Counted from the stretch's first letter, positions 1 through 8,888 are shown. The stretch: DNA of 64,000 bases from Bacillota bacterium (GCA_012518675.1 JAAYRR010000052.1:8214-72213), one strand, 5' to 3'. The notes: generated by a model not told the origin, from the sequence alone. Made by a program: numbers and translations.

Positions 1-1
1 C

Positions 2-214
2 CTGGATAGGTGGCCCGAAAAAAACCCTTATGGCGGCGCCTATATGCTGTACATATATGGGGGGGAAAATAATACAAAGGAAAAACTATACCTGCAGTTA
101 GACCAGGTGTCTGAGAATGCCTTTACCAAACTGCAGGAAAAATTAGGCGGTACGCTTGTAATCAAGCCCCAGGAAAACAACAGCGATGTCATCGCTATAT
201 ACCTGGCGGAATAA
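2..214 (+). CDS. 3' end of an upstream gene (C-terminal about 70 aa, ...LDQVSENAFTKLQEKLGGTLVIKPQENNSDVIAIYLAE*). Function unknown; it is probably part of the same pilus/competence operon as the downstream pseudopilins.
   Basis: Open frame 2 runs from the window edge to TAA at 212-214, directly upstream of the pseudopilin genes. I did not recognise a domain. Confidence 0.3.
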   Translation: MDRWPEKNPYGGAYMLYIYGGENNTKEKLYLQLDQVSENAFTKLQEKLGGTLVIKPQENNSDVIAIYLAE

Positions 215-283
215 GGGCGGTGTGTTCTGATCCGGGAAAAGGAGGAGGGTTTTAGTTTTATTGAAGTCATCGCCGCGGTAGCG

Positions 284-784
284 ATGATGGGCATCCTGGT
301 TATGCCTATTTTTTCCCTTTTTTTAAGTTCTGCAGGGAATATTCTTATCAGTCGCCAGGAAACAGAAGCTGCAACCCTGGCCCAGGAGGGCATGGAAATA
401 CTCAAGGGGCAGGGTTATGCAGCGTTTAAAGATCTCCCACAGGGGAAAGAAAACACATACCGGCAGGAGGTAGCAGGGGGTTATTCCCGGGTGATGAAAG
501 TAGAGGCTGTGTCGTTGGCAGATCTGTTCCCCGGTGCAGAAGGGAAAGTAATTTTTCTGGAGGTGTTTGTTTCCTGGGGGAAACCCGAAAACCCCCGCAC
601 GGTATCCCTGATTTCTTATTTAGGTGAAGGTTACAAGGTAAAAACAGGTTCTACAAACAAAGAGCCGGAAGGACTGGAAAAAGGTGTTGGGGAAGGAACA
701 AGGTACCACCCTGGTGGAGGTCGTCCTGGCTGTAGCAATTTTCAGCCTGCTGCTGACAACCTTACTGACTTTTTATTACAGTAA
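284..784 (+). CDS. Type IV pilus / competence pseudopilin (ComGD/GspH-like) with a prepilin-type N-terminus
   Basis: In-frame immediately upstream of the ATG at 284 the frame reads G-FSFIEVIAAVAMMGILV. That is a class-III signal peptide: G, then F at +1, E at +5, then a hydrophobic helix. No ATG/GTG/TTG precedes it before the in-frame stop at 212-214, so the true start is unclear (possibly CTG 227 or ATC 230) after the GGAGGAGGG RBS at 241-249. The 3' end overlaps the next pseudopilin gene by about 100 nt. Confidence 0.6.
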   Translation: MMGILVMPIFSLFLSSAGNILISRQETEAATLAQEGMEILKGQGYAAFKDLPQGKENTYRQEVAGGYSRVMKVEAVSLADLFPGAEGKVIFLEVFVSWGKPENPRTVSLISYLGEGYKVKTGSTNKEPEGLEKGVGEGTRYHPGGGRPGCSNFQPAADNLTDFLLQ

Positions 785-1271
785 CCTGCAAAGCTGGAAA
801 AGAAGTTTAATCGCTGTGGACATCCAACAAAATGCCCGGGTTGCCATGGGTAAAATAGTTGGAAAACTGCGTTATGCCCATACCCTGGACGAACAGGCCC
901 TGCCTCTGTACTGCCCGGGAGATGAAAAACAACAAGGAGCTACCAGCCTAACCTTTACCGGGCTCAACAAGACGAGCGCCACGGGGAAAATGCGCACTGC
1001 TTATGTCCTCAGGTTTAACAAAACCAAAAGGTCTATAGAGCTGAAAAGCGGAATAGGGCCCTACAATGAAATTGCTTACCATGTGGCCGGGCTTGATTTT
1101 TTTCGTTACCTTCCACCGGGGGCTTCGCAGGCCGATGGCAGCCCGGATTTACCACCCCTGGTTTTGGTGGTTTTAAAGTTGCAGGAAAATGATCAGGGCC
1201 CGGCCCGGGGGAATTCCTGTGTTCTGCAAAGTGTGGTGCGGTTGCAAAATTTAGTTTTACCGATGGAATGA
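684..1271 (+). CDS. Pseudopilin / minor pilin with prepilin N-terminus (MLGKEQG|TTLVEVVLAVAIFSLLL)
   Basis: Leader MLGKEQG, then T at +1, E at +5, and a hydrophobic segment. This is typical of ComGE/ComGF or GspI/J-like minor pilins. Confidence 0.6.
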   Translation: MLGKEQGTTLVEVVLAVAIFSLLLTTLLTFYYSNLQSWKRSLIAVDIQQNARVAMGKIVGKLRYAHTLDEQALPLYCPGDEKQQGATSLTFTGLNKTSATGKMRTAYVLRFNKTKRSIELKSGIGPYNEIAYHVAGLDFFRYLPPGASQADGSPDLPPLVLVVLKLQENDQGPARGNSCVLQSVVRLQNLVLPME

Positions 1272-1286
1272 CGGAGGAAACAATAA

Positions 1287-1820
1287 ATGTTTTACCGGTG
1301 TTTAAATTTTTGCCGGAACATTCCCCTAAAAATAAACTCCTTTTCCTTTAAAAAACAAAAAGGCTCCATACTATTCCCGGTTATTTTTTTAACTGCTGCG
1401 TTATTGCTGCTTGGAACCGTCTTTTTACGGGGTTCCCGGCAGGAGAGGTTTATTGCAAAAAGTTACACCGCAAAAATCAAGGCGCACTATATTGCTGAAG
1501 CCGGGGTAGAGGCTGCCTTAAGCCTTTTAAATGATCAGCCGGATTACTTTCTGCATTACCCGGAAATTGAACCGGTTTACATCGGTAATGGGCCGGCAGC
1601 AGAATATTTTACCCTGGAGTGGCTGGACCCGGGCCATTCCCTTGGTTATAAAAATTACTATACACTTGTTTCGCGCGGTTATTACAGCCCTGCCCCCGGG
1701 GAAAGAAGCGCCCAGGCTGTCGTCAAAATTTTTATAGATATTGTTGCGCAGGAAAATGGGGAAGAAAATAAAGATACTGAAGGAACAGACATTGTTGTCT
1801 ACGGGTTTTATGGTTACTGA
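1287..1820 (+). CDS. PilX/ComGG-like minor pilin (N-terminal TM helix; AEAGVEAAL motif)
   Basis: The N-terminal hydrophobic segment GSILFPVIFLTAALLLLG followed by ...YIAEAGVEAAL resembles the PilX_N / ComGG family. Confidence 0.5.
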   Translation: MFYRCLNFCRNIPLKINSFSFKKQKGSILFPVIFLTAALLLLGTVFLRGSRQERFIAKSYTAKIKAHYIAEAGVEAALSLLNDQPDYFLHYPEIEPVYIGNGPAAEYFTLEWLDPGHSLGYKNYYTLVSRGYYSPAPGERSAQAVVKIFIDIVAQENGEENKDTEGTDIVVYGFYGY

Positions 1821-1885
1821 AGGTCCATCCTGTAACCGGGCCGGCTGACAACCGGGGGGAACAGTGATTGCAGGTGTAAAATCAG

Positions 1886-2395
1886 GTGCAAAATTGTAAA
1901 CCAGATAAAATATTTCCGGCAAATAAATACTGCCACGCCAGCGGTGGTTTTACAATTATTGAACTGCTGGCGGTGATGGCTATTTTTTCTCTATTTACAG
2001 CGTTGCTTCTGCCCCATTTGGGCCTCTCTGCACGCTGGGAACTGGAAGCTGCAGCCCACAATTTAATGGGCGATCTGCGTCTGCTGCGCCAGGAGGCAAT
2101 TACCAGCGGGGAGGAATGCCTGGTAAAATTCTTCATTAATACACAACGCTATCAGCTTTTGTTTCCCAAAGACAGGCAACTGCTCATTTACTTGCCGGAG
2201 GGCGTTTATTTTGAGGGATCTACCACCTTCGGCGGCAATCCCCCCACTGCGGCTTTTAATAATTTGGGGCACCCCTGCCGCAGCGGCGGTGGTACAGTTA
2301 TTTTAAAGTCTGAAAAAGGGGACAAAATATACGTGGTAGTTTTGCCCGTAACCGGCAGGGTCAGGGTTTCCCGGGATCCACCTGCAAACTGGTAA
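1886..2395 (+). CDS. GspH/FimT-like pseudopilin (G|FTIIELLAVMAIFSLF; LRLLRQEAI motif)
   Basis: Classic prepilin cleavage motif GFTIIE with E at +5, and the GspH-type 'DLRLLRQEAITSG' region. The leader is unusually long if the ATG at 1886 is used. Confidence 0.65.
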   Translation: MQNCKPDKIFPANKYCHASGGFTIIELLAVMAIFSLFTALLLPHLGLSARWELEAAAHNLMGDLRLLRQEAITSGEECLVKFFINTQRYQLLFPKDRQLLIYLPEGVYFEGSTTFGGNPPTAAFNNLGHPCRSGGGTVILKSEKGDKIYVVVLPVTGRVRVSRDPPANW

Positions 2396-2606
2396 TATTT
2401 AAGTATCAAACATAGTTTAATATCCTAAAATTGCAGCAGTGCTTTTTATCAGCCCTGTAAAAAAGATAACAAGGTAAGCTTTAAGTAAGTTTTGAGGTAT
2501 GTTTTTAATTTTTACCGGTTAAGGCAGGATTTTTTCCCTGAAAGTGGAACTAACCGCAATAAGGCTTAAAATTTAAGAGTGCTTGCGAAAAAATAGTAAA
2601 TAATAA

Positions 2607-3749
2607 ATGCAGAATGACTTTAATTGCAGCAGCACACTTGTGCTTCATTTGCCGCAAAAAATGTGCAGCGGAGGTGGCGACATTTTAAACAGACTGAAAA
2701 GGGCCCGTCAAAAAATGGAAGAAAACAACCTTGAAGCTATTTTAGTAACCCACCGCCCCAATATTTTCTATCTCAGCGGATTTTCCGGCAGCAGCGGTTT
2801 TTTGCTGCTAACCGGCCGGGAGGCGCAACTTTATACAGATTTTCGCTATTTAGAACAGGCCGGCAAGGAAGCCCCTGCCTTTGAAATTGTGCCTGCGGGG
2901 GGCAGTATGGATTATTCCAAAGTCGCCGGGTTTATCAGCCAAAAGGGTTTTAAAAAAATAGCCCTGGAAGAAGCAAATGTATCTTGGCGGGAGTACCGGG
3001 CTCTACAAAAAGCTGTTCCGCAGAGCAAGCTTCTGCCACTCTATAATTTTTTTGAAGAAATCAGGGCCAAAAAGGAAGAGGCTGAAATAGAGCTGATCGC
3101 CGGGGCGGCCCGGATTGCAGATAATGCCTGGCAAAAGGTGTTGCCTTTGCTCAAACCGGGCATCAGTGAACGAGAGGTAGCCGATGAACTGGAATTTCAG
3201 ATGCGTAAATTGGGTGCAGAAAAATTGGCTTTTGAAACCATTGTTGCCTCCGGGGTACGTTCAGCTTTACCCCACGGCGTAGCCAGTCCCAAGATAATTG
3301 ATGCCGGGGAACTGATTACCGTTGATTTTGGGGCGGTTTATAACGGTTATTGTTCTGATATGAGCCGGACCTTTATCTTGGGTGAACCTACAGACAGGCA
3401 GTCAGAAATTTATAACTTAGTATTGGCGGCCCAGGAAATGGCTTTGCAGGCAGCCCGGGTCGGACAAGAATGTGCTGCTTTGGATGCTATGGTGCGCCAA
3501 TTTTTCCAGCAGGAGGGCTTCGGTGTCCACTTCGGCCACGGGTTGGGCCATGGCGTAGGGCTGGAAATTCACGAACTGCCGACCCTGGCACCCCGGGGAA
3601 CGGATACGTTGGCAGAAACGATGGTTTTTACCATAGAACCGGGCCTTTATATTGAAAATTGGGGAGGGGTTAGAATAGAAGATTTAGTGGTCCTGCGTGC
3701 TGAGGGTGTGCAGGTTTTAACAAATAGTGAAAAAAAATTTGTATACTAG
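2607..3749 (+). CDS. pepP: Xaa-Pro aminopeptidase / M24 family peptidase (YqhT/PepP-like)
   Basis: Creatinase N-terminal domain (EAILVTHRPNIFYLSGF) and the M24 'pita-bread' catalytic region (VDFGAVYNGYCSDMSRTF...HGLGHGVGLEIHE). Its position upstream of efp matches B. subtilis yqhT-efp. The real start may be ATG 2661. Confidence 0.85.
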   Translation: MQNDFNCSSTLVLHLPQKMCSGGGDILNRLKRARQKMEENNLEAILVTHRPNIFYLSGFSGSSGFLLLTGREAQLYTDFRYLEQAGKEAPAFEIVPAGGSMDYSKVAGFISQKGFKKIALEEANVSWREYRALQKAVPQSKLLPLYNFFEEIRAKKEEAEIELIAGAARIADNAWQKVLPLLKPGISEREVADELEFQMRKLGAEKLAFETIVASGVRSALPHGVASPKIIDAGELITVDFGAVYNGYCSDMSRTFILGEPTDRQSEIYNLVLAAQEMALQAARVGQECAALDAMVRQFFQQEGFGVHFGHGLGHGVGLEIHELPTLAPRGTDTLAETMVFTIEPGLYIENWGGVRIEDLVVLRAEGVQVLTNSEKKFVY

Positions 3750-3797
3750 CTAAAGATAGGCACAACCCGCAAGGTATAAGCAAGGAGTGATGCGAAA

Positions 3798-4355
3798 ATG
3801 ATATCCAGCAATGATTTTCATACAGGGTTAACAATCGAGTTGGATGGAGACATCTTTACAGTTGTGGAATTCCAACACGTCAAACCGGGTAAAGGTTCTG
3901 CTTTTGTGCGTTCCCGTTTAAAAAATATGCGCAGCGGGGCAGTCGTGGAAAAAACTTTTCGGGCGGGTGAAAAGGTTCCCCGGGCTATTATTGAACGGAA
4001 AGAAATGGAATATCTTTATAATACCGGGGAAGAATATATTTTTATGGATACGGTAAGCTATGAACAGCTTTCCCTCGATCGGGAACAGGTTGAAGACAGC
4101 ATTAATTTTATAAGAGAAAACCTGCGGTTACAGGTGCTTTTTTACAAGGAAGAAGTTTTCGGTGTGGAACTGCCCCACTTTGTAGAACTGAAAGTAGCTG
4201 AAACTGATCCCAGTTTTAAGGGGGATACCGCTGCCGGCGGCGGCAAGCCTGCCAAATTGGAGACGGGCCTTGTTGTGCAGGTACCTTTTTTTATCAGCGC
4301 AGGGGATATACTGAAAATTGATACACGTGACGGCACCTATATAGAGCGTGTTTAA
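3798..4355 (+). CDS. efp: Elongation factor P
   Basis: 185 aa starting [43 protein letters not shown], a strong EF-P match. RBS AAGGAGTGA upstream. Confidence 0.95.
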   Translation: MISSNDFHTGLTIELDGDIFTVVEFQHVKPGKGSAFVRSRLKNMRSGAVVEKTFRAGEKVPRAIIERKEMEYLYNTGEEYIFMDTVSYEQLSLDREQVEDSINFIRENLRLQVLFYKEEVFGVELPHFVELKVAETDPSFKGDTAAGGGKPAKLETGLVVQVPFFISAGDILKIDTRDGTYIERV

Positions 4356-4434
4356 CATATACAGCGTATAAAAAGCAACCAGGGCAATAATTTTTAAAGT
4401 TTTTAACCGATTATAACCTAAGGAGGGTTTTTAA

Positions 4435-4965
4435 ATGGAAAATCTTGATGCCAGGATGGGATATTTAAAGGGTTTGGTTGAAGGGCTGGGGGTCTCTGAT
4501 GATAAAAAAGAAGGCAAGGTTTTTCACCAAATCATCGCGGTTCTTGACGATATTGTCAGCTCGATCAACACCTTAAAAGATGATTATGAAGAACTTTTTT
4601 CTTATGTTGAAGCTATTGATGAAGATTTAACTGACCTGGAAAATGACAGTTTTGACGACGATGACGATGATGACTTTGGTGACGATGATGATGACTTCGA
4701 TGACTTTGACGATTTTGACGATGACGACGATCCTGATGATCACGACGATTTTGATGATCTTGACGAATATGAAGTCAGCTTTTCAATAGAGTGCCCGGAA
4801 TGTCATCAGGAAGTACCAATTGATAACGACATCCTGGAAAATGAAGAATCCCTGGAGGTGCTCTGCCCCAACTGTGGAAAAGTTGTTTTTATCAACGATG
4901 AAGAGTGGGAAGAAGAGCTGGAGGAAATAAATGATGAAGAAGAAAACCATCCCCCGGAAGCGTAA
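4435..4965 (+). CDS. Acidic protein with Asp-rich low-complexity linker and C-terminal CxxC...CxxC zinc-ribbon
   Basis: N-terminal globular segment, then about 50 residues of D/F repeats (DDDDDDDFGDDDDDFDDFDDFDDDDD), then CPECHQ...CPNCGK. It occupies the efp-to-spoIIIAA slot where B. subtilis has yqhV. RBS AAGGAGGG. Confidence 0.7.
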   Translation: MENLDARMGYLKGLVEGLGVSDDKKEGKVFHQIIAVLDDIVSSINTLKDDYEELFSYVEAIDEDLTDLENDSFDDDDDDDFGDDDDDFDDFDDFDDDDDPDDHDDFDDLDEYEVSFSIECPECHQEVPIDNDILENEESLEVLCPNCGKVVFINDEEWEEELEEINDEEENHPPEA

Positions 4966-5165
4966 GCAACAGTTGTCTAACAAATACCCTATATTCTGAT
5001 CCCCTGACAACTAATATTTATGAAGAACTGTTTTTTTATATTTAACCGGTAAAACAGAAACTTACCATTTTTATTTCATTGTTTATTTATGTTAGCTACA
5101 GGCAGTGCCCGGCATTTTTGCTGAAATTACAAAAATATTTGTTTACTTTGTTAATTTTGCTGCTA

Positions 5166-5198
5166 TTAAACTCCTGGTTTATTAACCAGGAGTTTTTT
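5166..5198 (+). terminator. Rho-independent terminator (AACTCCTGGTT-tatt-AACCAGGAGTT + T5)
   Basis: Perfect 11-bp inverted repeat with a 4-nt loop followed by a U-run. It terminates the efp/acidic-protein transcript upstream of spoIIIA. Confidence 0.75.
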
Positions 5199-5412
5199 GG
5201 TGTGATGGAACAAAAGTTCATCATTAATAAAGGGGCGGCGGCGGTTTTCCTTGCCGGCCTTTTTTATATTTTAGAGGATCAAGGAAATTTTCCAGGCAAG
5301 TTATTTATTCAAGGTTTTTTTCAGTAAAACCGGTTTGGCATTCATAAACAGATCTTTTCTGCAATACCTATTTCTATAGGATGAATATTAAAATACCGCT
5401 GGTTTTTGAAAG

Positions 5413-6432
5413 GTGAAATTGGATATGGGGAAAACCAGAAATAATATTATTAAACAAATCTGCCCTTTTCTAGTCCCGCCGATCCGAACTATTATTAGGA
5501 GCTTACCGGTGGAAATTTTGCATAAAATTGAGGAAATACGTTTACGGCATTCCCGGCCCCTTATTGTTTACTGGGCTGGGGGGGAGGCTTTTCTGGGGAA
5601 AAAGGGGCCTGTTTTGACAACCGGGGAAGCTTATCATGTTTTTGGTGAGGATTTAGAGAAAACATTGGAATTAATCAGCAGTTATTCCCTTTATGCCTTT
5701 GAGGAAGAGCTAAAGCAGGGTTACCTGACCCTTCCCGGTGGGCACCGGGTGGGCTTGGCCGGGAGGGCCGTATTGGAAAAAGGTAGGATCAAAATTTTGC
5801 GGGATATTAACTCCCTTAATTTTCGTGTCGCACGCCAGATCAAGGGGGTGGGGGAAAGAGTGCTTGGTTTTTTGTTTGATCGGCAAACCTGGCGCATCTA
5901 TCATACGCTAATTATTTCTCCTCCCCAGGGGGGAAAGACAACACTGCTTCGGGACTTGGCCCGCTTGATCAGTGACGGTGCCGGTATTATGGGCCAGTCC
6001 GGGCAAAAGGTGGGCATTATTGATGAACGTTCAGAAATTGCAGGCTGTTTCCAGGGAATTCCGCAATTGGATATCGGCATGAGGACGGATGTTTTGGATG
6101 CCTGCCCCAAGGCAGAAGGAATTATGCTTATGCTGCGCTCCCTTTCACCACAGGTAATTATTACAGATGAAATTGGCAGGGCAGAGGATGTACAGGCTAT
6201 TGCTGAAGCCGTATCTGCGGGGGTGTCTGTTATTGCTTCTGCACACGGTTCTTCACTGGAAGAGATCTGTCAACGGCCTGTTTTGGGTGAGCTGTTACAA
6301 GAGAATGTTTTTGAACGCCTAATTTTCCTGAACAACAACAAAGGGCCGGGGACCCTGGAAATGATCATCGAAGGGGAAAAAGGACTGCCACTTTATTCTG
6401 CCCGCTATGGAGGTGAAGAAAGGGCTAAATGA
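5413..6432 (+). CDS. spoIIIAA: Stage III sporulation protein AA (AAA+ ATPase of the feeding-tube channel)
   Basis: Walker A box PPQGGKTTLLRDLAR. It is the first gene of an eight-gene spoIIIA operon in canonical order. Confidence 0.9.
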   Translation: MKLDMGKTRNNIIKQICPFLVPPIRTIIRSLPVEILHKIEEIRLRHSRPLIVYWAGGEAFLGKKGPVLTTGEAYHVFGEDLEKTLELISSYSLYAFEEELKQGYLTLPGGHRVGLAGRAVLEKGRIKILRDINSLNFRVARQIKGVGERVLGFLFDRQTWRIYHTLIISPPQGGKTTLLRDLARLISDGAGIMGQSGQKVGIIDERSEIAGCFQGIPQLDIGMRTDVLDACPKAEGIMLMLRSLSPQVIITDEIGRAEDVQAIAEAVSAGVSVIASAHGSSLEEICQRPVLGELLQENVFERLIFLNNNKGPGTLEMIIEGEKGLPLYSARYGGEERAK

Positions 6433-6953
6433 TCTGCCTCAAGTGTTTGGGGGCGGCTTTAATTATCACTGCCGCCTATGTTTATGGAAATGGTATTTCT
6501 TTTTATTACCGGCAGCGCGTTCAGCAATTGGAAGAATTATTGATCGGATTGGAGCTGTTTTACACCGAGGTGAGCTATGGCCTGACCCCCCTGCCACGGG
6601 CTTTTATGAACATTGGGGCCAGGCTGAAGGAACCGGTGGGGGCCATCTTTTGCGATGCAGCCCGGGAAATGCAAAAAAACAGGGGTTTAAGTGCCCGGGA
6701 ATGCTGGCAAAACGCCCTGAAAAACAGCGCGGCACTTTTATCCCTTTCCCCTGGCGGCAGCCAGCTGTTGGAAAGACTGGGGTTGGCCTGGGGAAAGGGC
6801 GATAAAAATGATCAACTGCGGCAGGTTAAATTGATCAAAGAACTTTTGAGACAGGCCCACCGTGAAGCACAGGCTGAACTGCAAAAAAACGATAAGGTTT
6901 GGAAATATTTGGGGCTGCTGGGCGGTATCACTTTGGTTATTTTTCTTCTCTAA
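6429..6953 (+). CDS. spoIIIAB: Stage III sporulation protein AB
   Basis: 174 aa, N-terminal TM, typical SpoIIIAB; 4-nt overlap with spoIIIAA. Confidence 0.85.
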   Translation: MICLKCLGAALIITAAYVYGNGISFYYRQRVQQLEELLIGLELFYTEVSYGLTPLPRAFMNIGARLKEPVGAIFCDAAREMQKNRGLSARECWQNALKNSAALLSLSPGGSQLLERLGLAWGKGDKNDQLRQVKLIKELLRQAHREAQAELQKNDKVWKYLGLLGGITLVIFLL

Positions 6954-7016
6954 GGGCCGGGCAAGGCGCCCCGGTATCTAAAAACCGGGGCTTTGCGGGG
7001 AGGAAGGGGGTTGAAT

Positions 7017-7223
7017 ATGCATGTTTTAAGGGTCGATCTCCTTTTTCAGATCGCCGGCATAGGTATTTTTATTTCTGTTTTAAACATTGTTCTCAAACAA
7101 GCCGGTAAAGAAGAACAGGCGCAAATGCTGACCTTGGTTGGTGTCGTAATTGTTCTTCTGTTGATTCTACAACTTTTAGGAGATCTGTTTACCAGTATCC
7201 GCGCAATTTTTAATTTATATTAA
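7017..7223 (+). CDS. spoIIIAC: Stage III sporulation protein AC (small 2-TM protein)
   Basis: 68-aa hydrophobic protein MHVLRVDLLFQIAGIGIFISVLNIVLKQAGKEEQAQ... RBS GGAGGAAGGGGG sits 6 nt upstream of ATG 7017; the track ORF begins earlier at 6993. Confidence 0.8.
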   Translation: MHVLRVDLLFQIAGIGIFISVLNIVLKQAGKEEQAQMLTLVGVVIVLLLILQLLGDLFTSIRAIFNLY

Positions 7224-7240
7224 GTGGGTGTTGCTACGCC

Positions 7241-7627
7241 GTGGAAATTGCACAGGTGATGGTGTTTGGGGTAATTGCCACAATTTTTATCGTTTTGATC
7301 CGTCAAAGCCGGCCCGAACTGGCCCAGCTGTTGTCGATCGGTGTGGGCCTGGCCATTGTTATTTATGTGCTGGGGTATTTAAAAATGATTATTGATATAA
7401 TCACTGATTTAGCCCTGCAGGCGGAAATAAATACTGTTTTTTTAAGAATCCTGATGCGTGTCATCGGTGTAGCCTACCTTGCTGAATTTGGGGCACAGAT
7501 ATGTAAGGATGCAGGTGATGTTAACATTGCAGCCAAAATTGAATTTGCCGGCAAAATACTGATCTTAATCATGGCCATACCCATACTTGTGGCTATTTTA
7601 GAAGGAATTATCAATTTTATACCATAG
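7241..7627 (+). CDS. spoIIIAD: Stage III sporulation protein AD
   Basis: 128 aa, 4-TM, conserved SpoIIIAD sequence (…LRILMRVIGVAYLAEFGAQICKDAG…). Confidence 0.85.
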   Translation: MEIAQVMVFGVIATIFIVLIRQSRPELAQLLSIGVGLAIVIYVLGYLKMIIDIITDLALQAEINTVFLRILMRVIGVAYLAEFGAQICKDAGDVNIAAKIEFAGKILILIMAIPILVAILEGIINFIP

Positions 7628-7656
7628 CTAAAACACGGAAGCAGGGTGGCAATAGG

Positions 7657-8862
7657 ATGGTTCCAGAAAAATTTCCAATGACAAAGGTTTTCCTGACCCT
7701 TTTTATAGTGCTGCTGCTCTGGACATCCCCCAGTAAGATTATGGCCTGGGGGGAGACAACCTCAACAGGTGTTTTTACAGCCGGTGAAAATGAAAATTCT
7801 CCCCCGCTTGACGGTTGGGAACAGGTGGAAAAATATTGGTATGAACTGGAAGATGAAATGGGCGAATTTTTGCCTTCCTGGAACATTAGGGATATTTGGG
7901 AAAAAAGGGAAGGGGGCTTGGTTCCCTTTAGGGAAATATGCGCCGGGCTGGGCCGCTACCTGCTGGCAGAGGTAATTACCAACCTGGGCCTGCTGGGCCA
8001 GCTCCTTTTTCTGGCAGTAGCAGCCGCGCTTTTAAAAAGTTTGCAGGGGGCTTTTAGTTCCGAAGAGGTTGCCCGGTTGACAGAAGCCGTAGCTTTTTTT
8101 GTGCTGCTGGGGTTGGCCATGAAAAGTTTTACAATGGTTGCTGAAACCGGGAAACATACTGTAGAAAACATGGTTAACTTTATGTTGGCACTGCTGCCTG
8201 TTTTATTAACCTTAATGGCCTCACTGGGCCATGTTGCCTCAGTCAGCCTTTTTCACCCTTTGATTGTTTTTGCCGTTAATTTCAGTGCCTCCCTGATCAA
8301 CAATATAATTTTCCCCCTGGTTTTCCTGGCAACCATTCTTTATTTGGTAGATCACTTTTCTCCACACTTCAGGATCAACCGCCTGGCCGATCTTTTTAAA
8401 GATATCAGTATTTTAAGTTTGGGCCTTTTGTTAACACTTTTTATCGGTTTTATGTCAATTCAGGGTGTGGCCGGAGGCATTGGTGATGCCTTGACACTTA
8501 AAACAGCTAAGTTTATGACCGGCGCTTTTATTCCGGTGGTGGGAGGCAAACTTGCAGATGCAATAGAAACTGTCCTTGGGTATTCCCTGTTAATTAAAAA
8601 CAGTGCAACTATTGTTGGCCTGGTTATATTAGCCCTGATCACTGTTTTCCCTCTTTTGAAAATACTGGCTGTCATCAGCATCTATAAGGTTTGCAGCGCT
8701 CTGATTCAACCTTTGGGGGAAACGACCCTGGGTGGTGCCCTGGAATCCATGAGCAAATGCCTGACGATGATTTTTGCCGCTGTAGCCGCAGTAGCCCTGG
8801 TTTTTTTCATCGGTGTGGCCATCATCATCGGCATCAGTAACACCACGGTCATGCTGCGCTGA
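7657..8862 (+). CDS. spoIIIAE: Stage III sporulation protein AE
   Basis: 401-aa polytopic membrane protein with signal peptide, at the expected position and size. Confidence 0.85.
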   Translation: MVPEKFPMTKVFLTLFIVLLLWTSPSKIMAWGETTSTGVFTAGENENSPPLDGWEQVEKYWYELEDEMGEFLPSWNIRDIWEKREGGLVPFREICAGLGRYLLAEVITNLGLLGQLLFLAVAAALLKSLQGAFSSEEVARLTEAVAFFVLLGLAMKSFTMVAETGKHTVENMVNFMLALLPVLLTLMASLGHVASVSLFHPLIVFAVNFSASLINNIIFPLVFLATILYLVDHFSPHFRINRLADLFKDISILSLGLLLTLFIGFMSIQGVAGGIGDALTLKTAKFMTGAFIPVVGGKLADAIETVLGYSLLIKNSATIVGLVILALITVFPLLKILAVISIYKVCSALIQPLGETTLGGALESMSKCLTMIFAAVAAVALVFFIGVAIIIGISNTTVMLR

Positions 8863-8888
8863 AAAATCGGCGGGAAGGATGAACAAAG

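Noticed and set aside
40-405. 121-aa minus-strand ORF at the window start
   Set aside because: It is antisense to the + strand gene end (2-214) and the prepilin-motif region, and has no homology signal. Like the other minus-strand ORFs (e.g. 10284-10769, 34526-34990, 61342-61827, 16486-16990), it overlaps strongly supported + strand genes.
3470-3655. 61-aa ORF inside pepP in another frame
   Set aside because: It is fully embedded in the well-conserved M24 peptidase catalytic domain; the Pro/Arg/Gly-rich translation is typical of an out-of-frame artefact.
5079-5327. 82-aa hydrophobic ORF in the efp-spoIIIA intergenic region
   Set aside because: A perfect 11-bp intrinsic terminator hairpin (5166-5198) sits inside it. 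It has no RBS and low-complexity AT-rich codons. It is more likely 3' UTR or promoter sequence.
6953-7016. CCCCGG...CCGGGG hairpin between spoIIIAB and spoIIIAC as a terminator
   Set aside because: There is no downstream U-tract and the operon continues. At most it is an intra-operon stability or processing stem-loop.
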